A stretch of DNA of 64,000 nucleotides from Candidatus Latescibacterota bacterium (GTDB taxonomy: Bacteria > Latescibacterota > UBA2968 > UBA8231). Each line of letters opens with the position of its first letter. Positions within the stretch are counted from its first letter, which is position 1. The position numbers were made by a program, and so were the translations under genes. The DNA is taken from contig OZ252098.1 in NCBI GenBank assembly GCA_965248355.1, forward strand, positions 2,688,001 through 2,752,000, read 5' to 3'. A model generated the notes under the pieces. That model worked only from the letters and a program-made list of their open reading frames with translations, was not told where the DNA came from and made no database searches. This document shows, piece by piece, positions 10,153 through 22,050 of this stretch.

Positions 10153-11268
10153 TCAGGCAGCCGCCTTCTGTTTCTTGGCCGGAGCCGCCGCTTCCTCCGT
10201 GCCGTCGCCGCCGGGCTCCGGATCCGTCCCCGGCAGCGGGATATTCAGCAGGTTGCGCACCTCGTCCTCGATCTGTCCGGCGAGCTGGGGATTCTCGCGC
10301 AGGAAGAGGCGGGCATTCTCCTTGCCCTGACCGAGACGCTCCCCGCCGTAGGAGAACCAGGTGCCGCTCTTGTCGACGACTTGGTGCTCGACGCCCAGGT
10401 CGATCAGGTCGCCCTCGCGGGAGATGCCCACGTCGTCGCCGCGGAACATGATGTCGAACTCGGCCTCGCGGAAGGGCGGCGCCACCTTGTTCTTGACCAC
10501 CTTGATGCGCGTGCGCCGTCCGATGACCTCGTCGCCGTCCTTGATGGTGCCGATGCCGCGGATGTCGAGGCGGATCGACGCGTAGAAGCACAGGGCCCGG
10601 CCCCCCGTGGTCGTCTCGGGGTTGCCGAACATGACGCCGATCTTCATGCGCAACTGGTTGATGAAGATGACGGTGGTGCGCGACTTCTGGATGGACCCGG
10701 TGAGCTTGCGCAGGGCCTGCGACATGAGCCGGGCCTGCAGGCCCATCTGCGAGTCCCCCATCTCGCCCTCGAGCTCGGCGCGCGGCACAAGGGCGGCCAC
10801 CGAGTCGACGACGACCACGTCGATGGCCCCGGAGCGCACCAGCGTGTCGGTGATTTCCAGCGCCTCCTCTCCGCAGTCGGGCTGGGAGACCAGGAGGTTA
10901 TCGACATCGATGCCGAGGCGGCGCGCGAAACCGATGTCGAGGGAGTGCTCGGCGTCGATGAAGGCGGCCGTGCCCCCGCGCCGCTGAGCCTGGGCGACCG
11001 CGGTGAGCGCGCACATCGTCTTGCCCGCCGACTCGGGGCCGAACATCTCGATGACCCGGCCGCGCGGCAGGCCGCCGATGCCGAGAGCGGCGTCGAGGGA
11101 GAGACACCCGGTGGGGATGATGTCGACCTCGACCACCTGGGACTCGCCCAGGCGCATGATGGCGCCCTTGCCGTACTGCTTTTCCACTTGGGCGAGGGCC
11201 TGATCCATGGCCTTCTGCCTGTCCTTCGGCTCGTCGCCGGGCCGGGCGCCGGAATACTTGGAGACCAT
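10153..11268 (-). CDS. recA: Recombinase A
   Basis: [63 protein letters not shown]. Confidence 0.98.
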   Translation of the reverse strand: MVSKYSGARPGDEPKDRQKAMDQALAQVEKQYGKGAIMRLGESQVVEVDIIPTGCLSLDAALGIGGLPRGRVIEMFGPESAGKTMCALTAVAQAQRRGGTAAFIDAEHSLDIGFARRLGIDVDNLLVSQPDCGEEALEITDTLVRSGAIDVVVVDSVAALVPRAELEGEMGDSQMGLQARLMSQALRKLTGSIQKSRTTVIFINQLRMKIGVMFGNPETTTGGRALCFYASIRLDIRGIGTIKDGDEVIGRRTRIKVVKNKVAPPFREAEFDIMFRGDDVGISREGDLIDLGVEHQVVDKSGTWFSYGGERLGQGKENARLFLRENPQLAGQIEDEVRNLLNIPLPGTDPEPGGDGTEEAAAPAKKQKAAA

Positions 11269-11374
11269 CGCTCTTGACTCCTTTTGAAAAGGTGGGGCCG
11301 CGAGCCGCACGGCCCGCTTGGACCGGCCGGTGGCGGAAGAGGTCTGCAGCACCGGCACGCTGGCACATCTGCGA

Positions 11375-11412
11375 TGCACAAAAGAATAGGGATTGTTTGT
11401 GCACCTTGTCAA
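11375..11412 (-). promoter_or_regulatory. recA sigma70-type promoter overlapped by an 8-bp inverted repeat (candidate operator)
   Basis: Minus strand TTGACA(11412-11407)-N18-TATTCT(11388-11383); TGCACAAA-N13-TTTGTGCA at 11375-11403. Confidence 0.7.
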
Positions 11413-11641
11413 GAGGTTTCTCACCAGCCCGTACCGCCCCGCCAGCCCTCGCGGCGAGGAGGGGGATACAACGAACGTACCATCGACGCGGAGCTCTCCG
11501 AGGTCATCCTAAAGCCAGGAATATCAATGGGTTGGAACCCAGGGGAGGATTGGTGGGCCGGCGGGGATGTGTGGCGGGGGCGACACTCGCGTGAACCGAG
11601 GGTTACATCCCCCCCGGGTTGGAGCGCCGGGCCGGACGGAA

Positions 11642-12511
11642 TCAGGAAGGGGCGGTGGCGATGACGAGACGCGGGAGGCCGGCCAGGTCGGGACGCACCT
11701 CGGTCGGGTCGCGGAAGCCCGCCTCGCACAGCAGACGGGAAGCCTCCTCGGCCTGGCAGTCCCCGACCTCGAGGAACAGCCGGCCGGCCGGCTCCAGGTG
11801 AGGCAGGACGGTCCCGGCGACCCTGCGGATCAGGGCGAGCCCGTCGGGCCCGCCGTCGAGGGCCAGGCGCGGCTCGTGGTCGCGGACCTCCGGCTCAAGC
11901 GTCTCGAGGTCGGCGGTACGGATGTACGGCGGGTTGCAGAGCACTGCCCGGAAGCGCCGCGCCCCCAGGGGCTCGCACAGGTCGCCGCAGACGAAGCGGA
12001 TGCGGTCGCCGAGCCCGTGCCGCCGCGCGTTCCGGCGCGCCAGGACCAGGGCCTCCCGGGAGAGGTCGCTGGCCACGACCTGGGCGTCCTCGTGCTCCTG
12101 GGCCACGGCGATGGCGATGGGGCCGCAGCCGCAGCCCAGGTCGAGGACCGGGCCCGGCGGGGCGCCGGCGAGAAAGGACAGGGCCTCCTCCACGAGCAGC
12201 TCGGTCTCGGGCCGGGGCACCAGGACGCTGTCGTCCACGTGCAGGTCGAGGAGCCGGAATCCCGCTTCGCCGGTGATGTACTGGGACGGCCGCCCCGCGA
12301 GCCGCTGGCGCACGAAGCCGCGGAAGGTCTCGACCTCGCCGGCGGTGAGGATCCTGTCGAACTGCAGGTAGAGATCGAGGCGGCGGAGGCCGAGGGCGGC
12401 CGCCAGCAGCAACTCCGCCTCCAGACGGGGACTCTCGAGGGCGCGCGAGCCCAGGAAGCCGCTGGCCTCCTGCAGCAGGTCGAGGAGTCTCCAGCGCCGT
12501 CCGTCGGCCAT
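11642..12511 (-). CDS. prmC: Release factor glutamine methyltransferase
   Basis: VLVPRPETE, LDLGCGCG, NPPY, ALDGGPDGL; downstream of prfA. Confidence 0.95.
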   Translation of the reverse strand: MADGRRWRLLDLLQEASGFLGSRALESPRLEAELLLAAALGLRRLDLYLQFDRILTAGEVETFRGFVRQRLAGRPSQYITGEAGFRLLDLHVDDSVLVPRPETELLVEEALSFLAGAPPGPVLDLGCGCGPIAIAVAQEHEDAQVVASDLSREALVLARRNARRHGLGDRIRFVCGDLCEPLGARRFRAVLCNPPYIRTADLETLEPEVRDHEPRLALDGGPDGLALIRRVAGTVLPHLEPAGRLFLEVGDCQAEEASRLLCEAGFRDPTEVRPDLAGLPRLVIATAPS

Positions 12512-13587
12512 CAGCCTGAAGCGGAGCCGTCGGCCAGGATGCGCCGCTGCTCGGCGGCGATGAGCTCCTCCACGAAGGAATCGATATCGCCGTCGAGGAC
12601 CTCCGCGAGCTGGTACAGGCTCAGCTTGACGCGGTGGTCGGTGACGCGGCCCTGGGGGAAGTTGTAGGTGCGGATCTTGTCGCTGCGGTCCCCGCTGCCG
12701 ATCTGCTGCCGGCGCTCCCGCGACAGGGCCGCCTCCTGCTCCGCCTTCTTGCGCTCCAGCAGCCGCGCCCGCAGCACCTTCAGGGCCTTGGTCTTGTTCT
12801 TCAGCTGCGACTTCTCGTCCTGGCAGCTGACGACCAGGCCGGTGGGCTTGTGGGTGACCCGGACCGCCGAATCGGTGGTGTTCACGCTCTGCCCTCCGGG
12901 GCCTCCGGAGCGGAAGACGTCGATCTCGAGATCCTCGGGATCGATGCCGACCTCCACCTCCTCCGCCTCGGGCAGGACCGCCACGGAGGCGGCCGAGGTG
13001 TGGATCCGTCCGCTGGCCTCGGTCTTGGGGACCCGCTGCACCCGGTGCACGCCGCTTTCGAACTTGAGCCGCCCGAAGGCGCCGGGGCCGGAGACCAGGA
13101 GGACGGCCTCCTTGAATCCGCCGGCGGGGTTGGTGCTCGAGGACAGGGGCTCGATGGTCCAGCGCCGCCGCTCGGCGTAGCGGTCGTACATCCGGCAGAG
13201 ATCGGCGGCGAACAGGCCGGCCTCGTCGCCCCCGGCGCCGGCGCGGATCTCGACGATGGCGTTGCGCGAGTCGCTGGGGTCCCTGGGGATGAGCAGCAGC
13301 GTGAGGGCCTCGGTGAGGGCCTCGACCTCGGGGGTCGCGGCCTCCAGCTCGGCGCGCGCCAGCTCGAGCAGCTCCTCCTCCCCGCCGTCGGAGAGGATCT
13401 CCCGGGCCTCGTCCCGGCGTGCCAGGGCCTGCCGGTAGCGCCGCGTCGTCTCCACGGTCTCCTTCAGATCGCCCGCCTCCCGGGCCAGTCTCCGGTACTC
13501 GGCGCCGTTGCGCGCCACCCCGGGGTCGGCGAGCCTCTCGTTGAGTTCGGCGTAGCGCCGCTCGATTTCCGCCAGTCGTTCGAGCAC
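12511..13587 (-). CDS. prfA: Peptide chain release factor 1
   Basis: [21 protein letters not shown] (PxT), [16 protein letters not shown]. Confidence 0.97.
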   Translation of the reverse strand: MLERLAEIERRYAELNERLADPGVARNGAEYRRLAREAGDLKETVETTRRYRQALARRDEAREILSDGGEEELLELARAELEAATPEVEALTEALTLLLIPRDPSDSRNAIVEIRAGAGGDEAGLFAADLCRMYDRYAERRRWTIEPLSSSTNPAGGFKEAVLLVSGPGAFGRLKFESGVHRVQRVPKTEASGRIHTSAASVAVLPEAEEVEVGIDPEDLEIDVFRSGGPGGQSVNTTDSAVRVTHKPTGLVVSCQDEKSQLKNKTKALKVLRARLLERKKAEQEAALSRERRQQIGSGDRSDKIRTYNFPQGRVTDHRVKLSLYQLAEVLDGDIDSFVEELIAAEQRRILADGSASG

Positions 13588-13720
13588 GTCAACCGCCTCT
13601 CACGGCGCCGTCCCTCCACCTCGGGGCGGCGCTCGCCGTCCGGTCCCGCTCAGGGCGAGGACGGGCTGGTTTCGGTTCGCGGAACCCCATCCGGTTCTCT
13701 CCGGTTCTCCGGCCGAGGCA

Positions 13721-13760
13721 CAAAAAAAACGGGCCGAAGCGCCGCCGGCGCCCCCGCCCA
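13721..13760 (-). terminator. Intrinsic terminator after rpmE
   Basis: GC-rich hairpin followed by a T8 tract on the minus strand. Confidence 0.7.
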
Positions 13761-13788
13761 TCACCTGTCGTCGCGCCCGGCGGCGCGG

Positions 13789-14103
13789 CTAACCGTCGGT
13801 GGATTCCCCGGCCGGCTCCTCGGCCGGAGTCTCCTCCTCGCCCTTCTTCGCGGCGTTGTACCCCGCGTAGCGCTGGCGGAACTGCTCGATGCGGCCGCCC
13901 CTCTCGGACAACTGCTGCTCCTTGCCGGTGTAGAACGCGTGCGACGCCGAGCTGAGGTCGAAGCGGATGACGGGATATTCCCGTCCGTCCTCCCATTCCA
14001 TCTTTTCGTCGGAGGTCGCCGTCGACCGGGTGAGCACCTTGAAGTCGACGCTCACGTCGTAGAAGATGACCGGTCTGTACTTGGGGTGGATTTCCTGCTT
14101 CAT
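13789..14103 (-). CDS. rpmE: 50S ribosomal protein L31, type B (no Zn cysteines)
   Basis: MKQEIHPKYRPVIFYD...SSASHAFYTG...GRIEQF. Confidence 0.93.
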   Translation of the reverse strand: MKQEIHPKYRPVIFYDVSVDFKVLTRSTATSDEKMEWEDGREYPVIRFDLSSASHAFYTGKEQQLSERGGRIEQFRQRYAGYNAAKKGEEETPAEEPAGESTDG

Positions 14104-14188
14104 CGCTCCGGCTCGCTTGCAATCGCTGACGGGAAGATAAGATACGGCCCGGTACGGGCAAGAGGGATCCCCCGGGAGGGGGGTCCGC

Positions 14189-15637
<1,449 letters not shown>

Positions 15638-15937
15638 GACGCTCGTAACCTTTCGATGGTGGGCTGGATTGCTGCGGAGGGGGGTGGTCGGTGAACCGGC
15701 GCAACCGCCGATGGGACCGGCGAAAGCAGCCGGCCGAAAGCGGGTTACGCAACGGCTTTCCGGCCGTTGTAGGTCAGATTTCGTCGAGCCGAATTCCGTC
15801 GCGCCACAGACCCGCCGATGCGGGCTGCGGACGAAAGTCAACTGGCTTGCTACGCTGAAGGATTTGCTGAGATCAGGGGGGAATCCGGAAGTGGAGCCCC
15901 GGACGTTGGGAGGAATTCGCTTCAGGAGTGTCCGGTC

Positions 15938-15966
15938 AAGTTATCCAAGCTATCCGGCGTTGTCAA
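15938..15966 (-). promoter_or_regulatory. Putative rho promoter
   Basis: Minus strand TTGACA-N17-TAACTT, about 300 nt upstream of the rho ATG. Confidence 0.6.
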
Positions 15967-16096
15967 GAAGAAAACAACCCCCAGGGTCCCGTCCCCTGGG
16001 GGCCGGAAGGCGCCTGCGAGCCTCTGGCGAAGGCTTTGACCGGGTTCCGGGGGAGGGGTAGCTTGTGCGCGCCGGCCCTCTCTCCGCCCCTTGCCC

Positions 16097-17926
16097 ATGG
16101 CCCTCATCCCCCTGGAGACCATCGAGCGCGTCAAGGCGTCCACCGACATCGTCGAGGTCGTCTCGGAGCACGTGCAGCTCCGGCAACAGGGCCGCAACTG
16201 GCTGGGGCTGTGCCCGTTCCACAACGAGAACACGCCCTCATTCAACGTCAATCCCGAGCTGCAGATCTACCACTGCTTCGGCTGCGGCGCCGGCGGCGAT
16301 GTCTACAAGTTCCTCCAGGAGATCGACAAGGTCTCCTTCCTCGAGGCCGTGACCTTCCTCGCCGGGCGCACCGGGATCCCGCTGCCGCGGGCCGGGGGCG
16401 GCGCGGCCGAGGACGAGCGCAACGACCGGCTGTTCCGTGCCAACGAGCTGGCGGCGAAATACTTCCAGTACATGCTGCGCCGCCCCGAGGGAGAAGCGGC
16501 GCTCCGCTACCTGCACGGCCGCGGTGTCACCGACGAGACCGCCGATGCCTTCCGCCTCGGGTATGCCCCGGGGGGATGGACGAGCTTCCTCGACATGGCC
16601 ACCAAGCCGCGCCGCGGCTTCCGCGTCGAGGAGCTTGAGCAGGCCGGCCTGGCCGTACCCAGCCGCACCGGCCGCGGCCACTACGACCGCTTCCGGGACC
16701 GCGTGGTCTTTCCGATCACCAACCTGTCGGGGCGCACGATCGCCTTCGGTGCGCGGGCCCTGCGCGACGACGACGAGCCGAAGTACCTCAACTCGCCGGA
16801 GAGCGCCATCTACCACAAGAGCGGAGTCCTCTACGGGCTGGCCGCCGCCCGGGAATCGATCCGCCGCCGCGGGACGGCGCTGGTGGTCGAGGGGTACATG
16901 GACGTCGTCGGCCTGGCTCAGCACGAGGTCGCCAATGTCGTCGCCTCCTCCGGGACCTCCCTGACGGCGGCCCATGGGAGCCTGCTGGGGCGCTACGCCG
17001 AGCGCGTGGTCCTGCTCTTCGACGGCGACGCGGCCGGCGGCACGGCCGCCGAGCGCGGCGTGGAGGTGCTGCTCGGGACCGAGCTCGATACCCGCATCGC
17101 CACCCTGCCCCCCGGTCACGACCCCGACAGCTTCGTGCGCCGGGAGGGGGGAGCCGAGGCCTTGGAGAAGCTGGTCGAGGCGGCCCCGCCCGCCCTCGAC
17201 GTCTACCTCGACCGCATGGCGGCGGCGGTCGATCTCACCTCCGTCGCCGGCCGGGCCCGCGCCGTGGAGCGGATGGTCCCCCTGTTCTCGCAGTGCCGGG
17301 AGGAGGTTCGACGCGACCTCATGCTGCGCCGGGTGGCGCAGCGGTTCGAGGTGGACGAGCAGGCCCTGCGGCGGGACGTGGCCGCCGCCCTGTCCCGGCC
17401 GCGGCGGGCCCCGTCGGCCGAACCGCTGGAGGTCCAGGCACCCCGGCCGCGCTCGGCGGGCGGAGCGCCGAAGCCGGCCACCGGAAGCGAGCTCGAGCGG
17501 CAGTTCGTCGGTCTGCTGCTGCAGCGTCCCGAGCTGATCGGACGGACCCGGGAGCAGATCGCCCCCGAACTCTTCTCCGATGCCGACGTCCGCCGCCTGG
17601 TGGCTCATCTCACCGATCATCCCCCGGAGGACGGCCACGTCGATCTCACGGCCTTGCTGAACCACGTGGACGAGGACCTCCGGCGCCTGGTCTCCACCTG
17701 TGCCATGGAGAGCTTCGACCTCGACCAGGTGCAGGAGCTGTGGAGCGACCACGTCCATCGGCTGCGGCGGGATGACCTCACCCGCCGCATCGACGACACC
17801 ACCCGCCGGCTCCGCCGGGCCGCCGAGGCCGGCGACGGCGGTGAGGTGGAGCGCCTCCAGGCCGCCCATCGTCATCTCGTCGTCGAACGCACGCGGCTGG
17901 ACCACGGACCGGCCGGGGAGTCTTGA
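16097..17926 (+). CDS. dnaG: DNA primase
   Basis: CPFH...CFGC zinc finger, YDRFRDRVVFPI, KYLNSPE, VEGYMD, FDGDAAG, DPD. Confidence 0.97.
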   Translation: MALIPLETIERVKASTDIVEVVSEHVQLRQQGRNWLGLCPFHNENTPSFNVNPELQIYHCFGCGAGGDVYKFLQEIDKVSFLEAVTFLAGRTGIPLPRAGGGAAEDERNDRLFRANELAAKYFQYMLRRPEGEAALRYLHGRGVTDETADAFRLGYAPGGWTSFLDMATKPRRGFRVEELEQAGLAVPSRTGRGHYDRFRDRVVFPITNLSGRTIAFGARALRDDDEPKYLNSPESAIYHKSGVLYGLAAARESIRRRGTALVVEGYMDVVGLAQHEVANVVASSGTSLTAAHGSLLGRYAERVVLLFDGDAAGGTAAERGVEVLLGTELDTRIATLPPGHDPDSFVRREGGAEALEKLVEAAPPALDVYLDRMAAAVDLTSVAGRARAVERMVPLFSQCREEVRRDLMLRRVAQRFEVDEQALRRDVAAALSRPRRAPSAEPLEVQAPRPRSAGGAPKPATGSELERQFVGLLLQRPELIGRTREQIAPELFSDADVRRLVAHLTDHPPEDGHVDLTALLNHVDEDLRRLVSTCAMESFDLDQVQELWSDHVHRLRRDDLTRRIDDTTRRLRRAAEAGDGGEVERLQAAHRHLVVERTRLDHGPAGES

Positions 17927-17976
17927 CCCTGCCGGGCGGCGGCGTCACCTTTGTCCGGTCCGGGTCGTATCCCCCC

Positions 17977-18053
17977 GGGCCCATAGCTCAGCTGGTCAGA
18001 GCGGCGGACTCATAATCCGTTGGTCCCAGGTTCGAACCCTGGTGGGCCCACCA
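17977..18053 (+). tRNA. tRNA with CAT anticodon, likely Ile2 (lysidine-modified)
   Basis: Cloverleaf GGGCCCA...TGGGCCC-A-CCA; anticodon arm ..GGA-CTCATAA-TCC.. Confidence 0.9.
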
Positions 18054-18064
18054 AGCCTTCACTC

Positions 18065-18141
18065 GGGCGATTAGCTCAGTTGGTTAGAGCGCCGGTCTCA
18101 CATACCGGAGGTCGCTGGTTCAAATCCAGCATCGCCCACCA
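18065..18141 (+). tRNA. tRNA-Val(CAC)
   Basis: GGGCGAT...ATCGCCC-A-CCA; anticodon arm CCGGT-CTCACAT-ACCGG. Confidence 0.93.
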
Positions 18142-18244
18142 TGTGTGGGCAACGGCCCCGTCGGAGGCCATCGGACGGGGCCGTGGTGATGCGGTCCACG
18201 GCCCCGTCCGTGCTCGCCGGGTCCGGCTGACAGGAGGTGTCCCC

Positions 18245-18421
18245 ATGGCCTTCCGCCGCTCTCTCGCGTTCCTGTTCCTGCTCGTCCTGCTGGTCTCCTG
18301 CGCCAGGGGAGCTTTCACGCCCTCCTCTCCCGAAGGAGAGTCCGAGCCACCGCCGGGAGACCCCACCGACACCGGCCCGGCGCCGGAGGCGGCGCCCACG
18401 CAGGCGGACACCGGGGTCTGA
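18245..18421 (+). CDS. Small putative lipoprotein (58 aa)
   Basis: AGGAGG RBS; MAFRRSLAFLFLLVLLVSC lipobox; Pro/acidic tail. Confidence 0.55.
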   Translation: MAFRRSLAFLFLLVLLVSCARGAFTPSSPEGESEPPPGDPTDTGPAPEAAPTQADTGV

Positions 18422-18688
18422 TCTCGTGGACCGCCCTCGCACCGGACCCGGCGATGGACCGGGGCGGAACCGGTGTCTGTGCCATCGATCCTCCGACCGC
18501 GCCCGTACCCGGCGGGAGGTCTTCCTTTGACACCCAACCTCTTGGAGAACAGATTGTTACGCCTGTTCTGCCGCGCCGCCTCCCGGAGGGAGGGCCACCG
18601 GCTGACCGGGATCCCCGGCGGACCCCGGCAGGGGCTCTCATCCCCGCGGATGGGCGGTGGCGGGGCAGAGGTTCGCGGCTGAGGCGAG

Positions 18689-19693
18689 ATGGCGGAGCTG
18701 TTCATCCACGGTATGGGCCACTTCCATCCCGAGAACGTCATCGACAACGCGTTCCTCGAGGAGCTGGACATCGGCACCGACGAGAGCTGGATCCTGGAGC
18801 GGGTCGGGATCCGCGAGCGCCGCACGGTGCTGCCCCTGGACTACATCCGGGAGACGCGCAACGGGGATCCGCGGCAGGCGGGGGAAGCGGCGGTCTACGA
18901 CAACGCCGAGACCTCCGCCCTGGCGGCCGGGCAGGCCCTGGCCCGGGCCGGCGTCGGCCGCGACCAGATCGGCCTGGTGATCGCGGGCGGGTGCTATCCC
19001 GACACCGCCATCCCGGCCGAGGCCAGCCGCGTCGCCGCGTCGCTGGAGATCGACGCGCCGGGGATCGACATCAACTCGGCCTGCTCCACCTTCGGCGCCC
19101 AGTTGCACTTCCTGGCCTCCATGTCCGGGCTGCCCCCCTTCGTGCTCGTCGTCAACCCCGAGAACACGACCCGCGCCGTCGACTACGGCGACCGGCGCAC
19201 CGCGGTGCTGTGGGGCGACGGGACGAGCGCCGCCGTCGTATCCACGCGGGAGTCCGCCCCGCGCAAGGTGGTGGAGACGACCCTGGCCGCCGACTCGGCG
19301 CGCTGGGAGGCGGTCTGCATCCCCCGCTTCGGGCACTTCTTCCAGGACGGCAACGCGGTGCAGCGCTTCGCCATCAAGACGACGGTCTCCTCCGCCGAGA
19401 GCCTGATGCCGGGCGCCCGGACGCGCGCCGCCGAAGGGGGGGGCCGGGTGCGCTTCATCGGCCACCAGGCCAACCTGTTGATGCTGGAGGCCGTGGCCCG
19501 GCGGCTCGGACTCGCAGAGGATGCGCACTGGTACAACGTGGACCGCTTCGGCAACACCGGCGCCGCCGGGGCGCCCGGCGTCCTCTCCCAGTACTGGGAC
19601 GAGATGGACGACGGCGACTCCCTGATCCTCGTCGTCGTCGGGGCGGGGCTGACCTGGTCGGCCCTGCGCATCGACGTGGGGGACCGCCCGTGA
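18689..19693 (+). CDS. 3-oxoacyl-ACP synthase III (FabH-like)
   Basis: WILERVGIRERR, DINSACS, LWGDG, HQAN, GNTGAA (Cys-His-Asn triad). Confidence 0.9.
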   Translation: MAELFIHGMGHFHPENVIDNAFLEELDIGTDESWILERVGIRERRTVLPLDYIRETRNGDPRQAGEAAVYDNAETSALAAGQALARAGVGRDQIGLVIAGGCYPDTAIPAEASRVAASLEIDAPGIDINSACSTFGAQLHFLASMSGLPPFVLVVNPENTTRAVDYGDRRTAVLWGDGTSAAVVSTRESAPRKVVETTLAADSARWEAVCIPRFGHFFQDGNAVQRFAIKTTVSSAESLMPGARTRAAEGGGRVRFIGHQANLLMLEAVARRLGLAEDAHWYNVDRFGNTGAAGAPGVLSQYWDEMDDGDSLILVVVGAGLTWSALRIDVGDRP

Positions 19694-20286
19694 CCCACGC
19701 CGAGTTCGTCGAGCGCGGCCACTACGAAGCGGAGGAGCTGCTGGCCCTGTCCCAGGGCAACCTCGTGGTCGACGCGCCCGAGGAGTTCATCCGCCTGCCC
19801 GCTCCGCCCATGCTCATGATCACGCGGGTCACCGAGCTCGAGCGCCGGGGCCCGCGGGGCCGCATCGTCGGCGAGCAGGACATCGCCCCCGCCGACTGGT
19901 TCTTCCACTGCCACTTCCGCTCCGACCCGGTGCAGCCCGGATGCCTCGGCGTCGACGCCATCTGGCAGCTCGTGGGACTCTACATCGCCGCCTGCGGCGC
20001 CCCGGGCTCGGGACGGGCCCTCGGCTGCAAGGAGGTGGAGTTCTCCGGCCAGATCCGGCCCTACAACCGGACCGTGCGCTACGAGGTCGACATCCGCCGG
20101 TACTCCCAGCTCAAGGAGTCCGGCTCTGCCGTGGCCATCGGCACGGCGAAGGTCCTGGTGGACGGAGAGCACATCTACACGGTGAAGGACGCCAAGGTCG
20201 GCATGTTTCTCGGCATCGCCTACCCCGACTACCCCCTGCGCTCCGAGCACAGCGTCGGCGGCCTCATGGACCGCACCGGATGCTGA
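19690..20286 (+). CDS. fabA: 3-hydroxyacyl-ACP dehydratase/isomerase, FabA type
   Basis: LPAPPMLM, WFFHCHF..DPVQPGCLGVDAIWQL (His/Asp dyad), GRALG. Confidence 0.85.
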   Translation: MTHAEFVERGHYEAEELLALSQGNLVVDAPEEFIRLPAPPMLMITRVTELERRGPRGRIVGEQDIAPADWFFHCHFRSDPVQPGCLGVDAIWQLVGLYIAACGAPGSGRALGCKEVEFSGQIRPYNRTVRYEVDIRRYSQLKESGSAVAIGTAKVLVDGEHIYTVKDAKVGMFLGIAYPDYPLRSEHSVGGLMDRTGC

Positions 20287-20738
20287 CGCCGGAGCAGGTC
20301 CTGGACCTGATCCCGCAGCAGCGGCCCTTCCGGTTCATCGACCGCCTCGTCGAGCTGGGCGAGGCGAGCGCCGTCGGCGAGTACACCTTCCGCGACGACG
20401 AGACCTTCTACGCCGGCCACTTCCCGGGGCATCCCGTGACCCCGGGCGTGATCCTCATCGAGACCATGTGCCAGACCGGGCTGGTCGCCCTCGGCATCCA
20501 CCTGCTGGGCATGGAGCTGCCGGCCCACGAGGTGGCGCGGACGGTCACCCTGTTCACCGACGCCGACGTCGAGTTCGTGCGCGTCGTGGGGCCGGGGGAG
20601 ACGGTGCGCGTCTCCGCCGAGAAGATGTTCTGGAGAAGACGGAAGCTGAAGTCGAAGGTCGAGCTGAAGCTGGCCGACGGGACCTACGTGGCCGGCGGCA
20701 CGGTCTCCGGCATGGGAGTCGCCCGTGAGCAATTCTGA
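20280..20738 (+). CDS. FabZ-like hotdog dehydratase
   Basis: IPQQRPFRFID, GHFPGHPVTPGVILIETMCQ (His/Glu). Confidence 0.85.
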   Translation: MLTPEQVLDLIPQQRPFRFIDRLVELGEASAVGEYTFRDDETFYAGHFPGHPVTPGVILIETMCQTGLVALGIHLLGMELPAHEVARTVTLFTDADVEFVRVVGPGETVRVSAEKMFWRRRKLKSKVELKLADGTYVAGGTVSGMGVAREQF

Positions 20739-22008
20739 ACCGCGCGTCGTCGTCACCGGCATGGGGGTGCTGGCCCCCAACGGGCACGGCCTGGAGGCGT
20801 TCGTCCGGGCCCTGCGCGACGGCATCAGCGGCATCGCCTTTCACCCGCAGCTCGCCGACCTGAACTTCGCCTGCCAGGTGGGCGGCGTGCCCCCCGACGT
20901 GGAGGAGATCCAGAAGCGCTACCTCACCGGGGAAGAGCTGTTCGCCATGAACGCCAACATGGTGTACGCCGCCATCGCCACCATCGACGCCTGGACCGAC
21001 GCCGGCCTGGACCTGCCGGAGCCCGACAGCGAGGAGCCCGACTGGGACACGGGAGCCATCGTCGGCACCGGCATCGGCGGCATCGACACCATTGCCGACA
21101 CGCTGGCGCCGCGGACCCAGGCGGGCCGGGTGAAGCGGCTCGGCAGCACCATGGTCGAGCAGATCATGTCCAGCGGCAACAGCGCCCGGATCGCCGGCAA
21201 GCTCGGTCTGGGCAACCAGGTGAGCACCAACTCCAGCGCCTGCAACACCGGCACCGAGGCCGTCATCCAGGGCTTCCAGCGCATCCGCGACGGACTGGCC
21301 CGGCGCATGCTGGCCGGCGGCTCCGAGGGCCACTCCCACTACATCTGGGCCGGCTTCGACGCCATGCGCGTCCTCAACCGCACGAAGAACGACGACCCCG
21401 AGGGCGCCTCCCGCCCCATGAGCGCCAGCGCCGCCGGCTTCGTCCCCGGGTCGGGGGCGGGGGTGCTCATGCTCGAAGAGCTGGACAGCGCCCGCGAACG
21501 CGGCGCCCGGATCTACGCCGAGATCATCGGCTGCGCTCTCAACTGCGGCGGCCATCGCCAGGGGGGCAGCATGACGGCGCCGAACCCGGTCAGCGTGCAG
21601 CGCTGCCTGGTCGCGGCCCTCGACATGGCCGGCATCCCCGGCGAGCGGATCGAGGCCATCAACGGCCACCTCACCGCCACCTTCGCCGATCCCCACGAGG
21701 TCCACAACTGGTCGCGGGCTCTCGGCGTCGAGCCGCGCCGCATGCCCTGGATCCAGAGCACCAAGTCCCTCATCGGCCACGGCCTGGGCGCCGCCGGCGG
21801 CCTCGAGTCGGTGGCCGCCGTCCTGGAGCTGCACGAGGGATTTGTCCACGGCTCGCTGAATTGCGAAGATCTGCACCCCGAGCTCGAGGCCTACGCCGAC
21901 CGCATCCCTCACAAGAGCGTGGAAGCCCCCGGTCTCTCCGTCATCGCCAAGGCCAGCTTCGGCTTCGGAGACGTCAATGGCTGCGTCATCTTCCGCAAGT
22001 TCGACTGA
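20725..22008 (+). CDS. Beta-ketoacyl-ACP synthase (FabB/FabF family)
   Basis: RVVVTGMG, SSACNTG, NGHLTAT, KSLIGHGLGAAG, SFGFG. Confidence 0.92.
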   Translation: MSNSEPRVVVTGMGVLAPNGHGLEAFVRALRDGISGIAFHPQLADLNFACQVGGVPPDVEEIQKRYLTGEELFAMNANMVYAAIATIDAWTDAGLDLPEPDSEEPDWDTGAIVGTGIGGIDTIADTLAPRTQAGRVKRLGSTMVEQIMSSGNSARIAGKLGLGNQVSTNSSACNTGTEAVIQGFQRIRDGLARRMLAGGSEGHSHYIWAGFDAMRVLNRTKNDDPEGASRPMSASAAGFVPGSGAGVLMLEELDSARERGARIYAEIIGCALNCGGHRQGGSMTAPNPVSVQRCLVAALDMAGIPGERIEAINGHLTATFADPHEVHNWSRALGVEPRRMPWIQSTKSLIGHGLGAAGGLESVAAVLELHEGFVHGSLNCEDLHPELEAYADRIPHKSVEAPGLSVIAKASFGFGDVNGCVIFRKFD

Positions 22009-22050
22009 CTTGGAGATCCCATCCCACCGCAACCGAAGGAACGAGCACCG

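Noticed and set aside
18527..18560. TTGACA plus short palindromes upstream of fabH as promoter/operator
   Set aside because: Weak -10 and only 4-bp arms; insufficient support.
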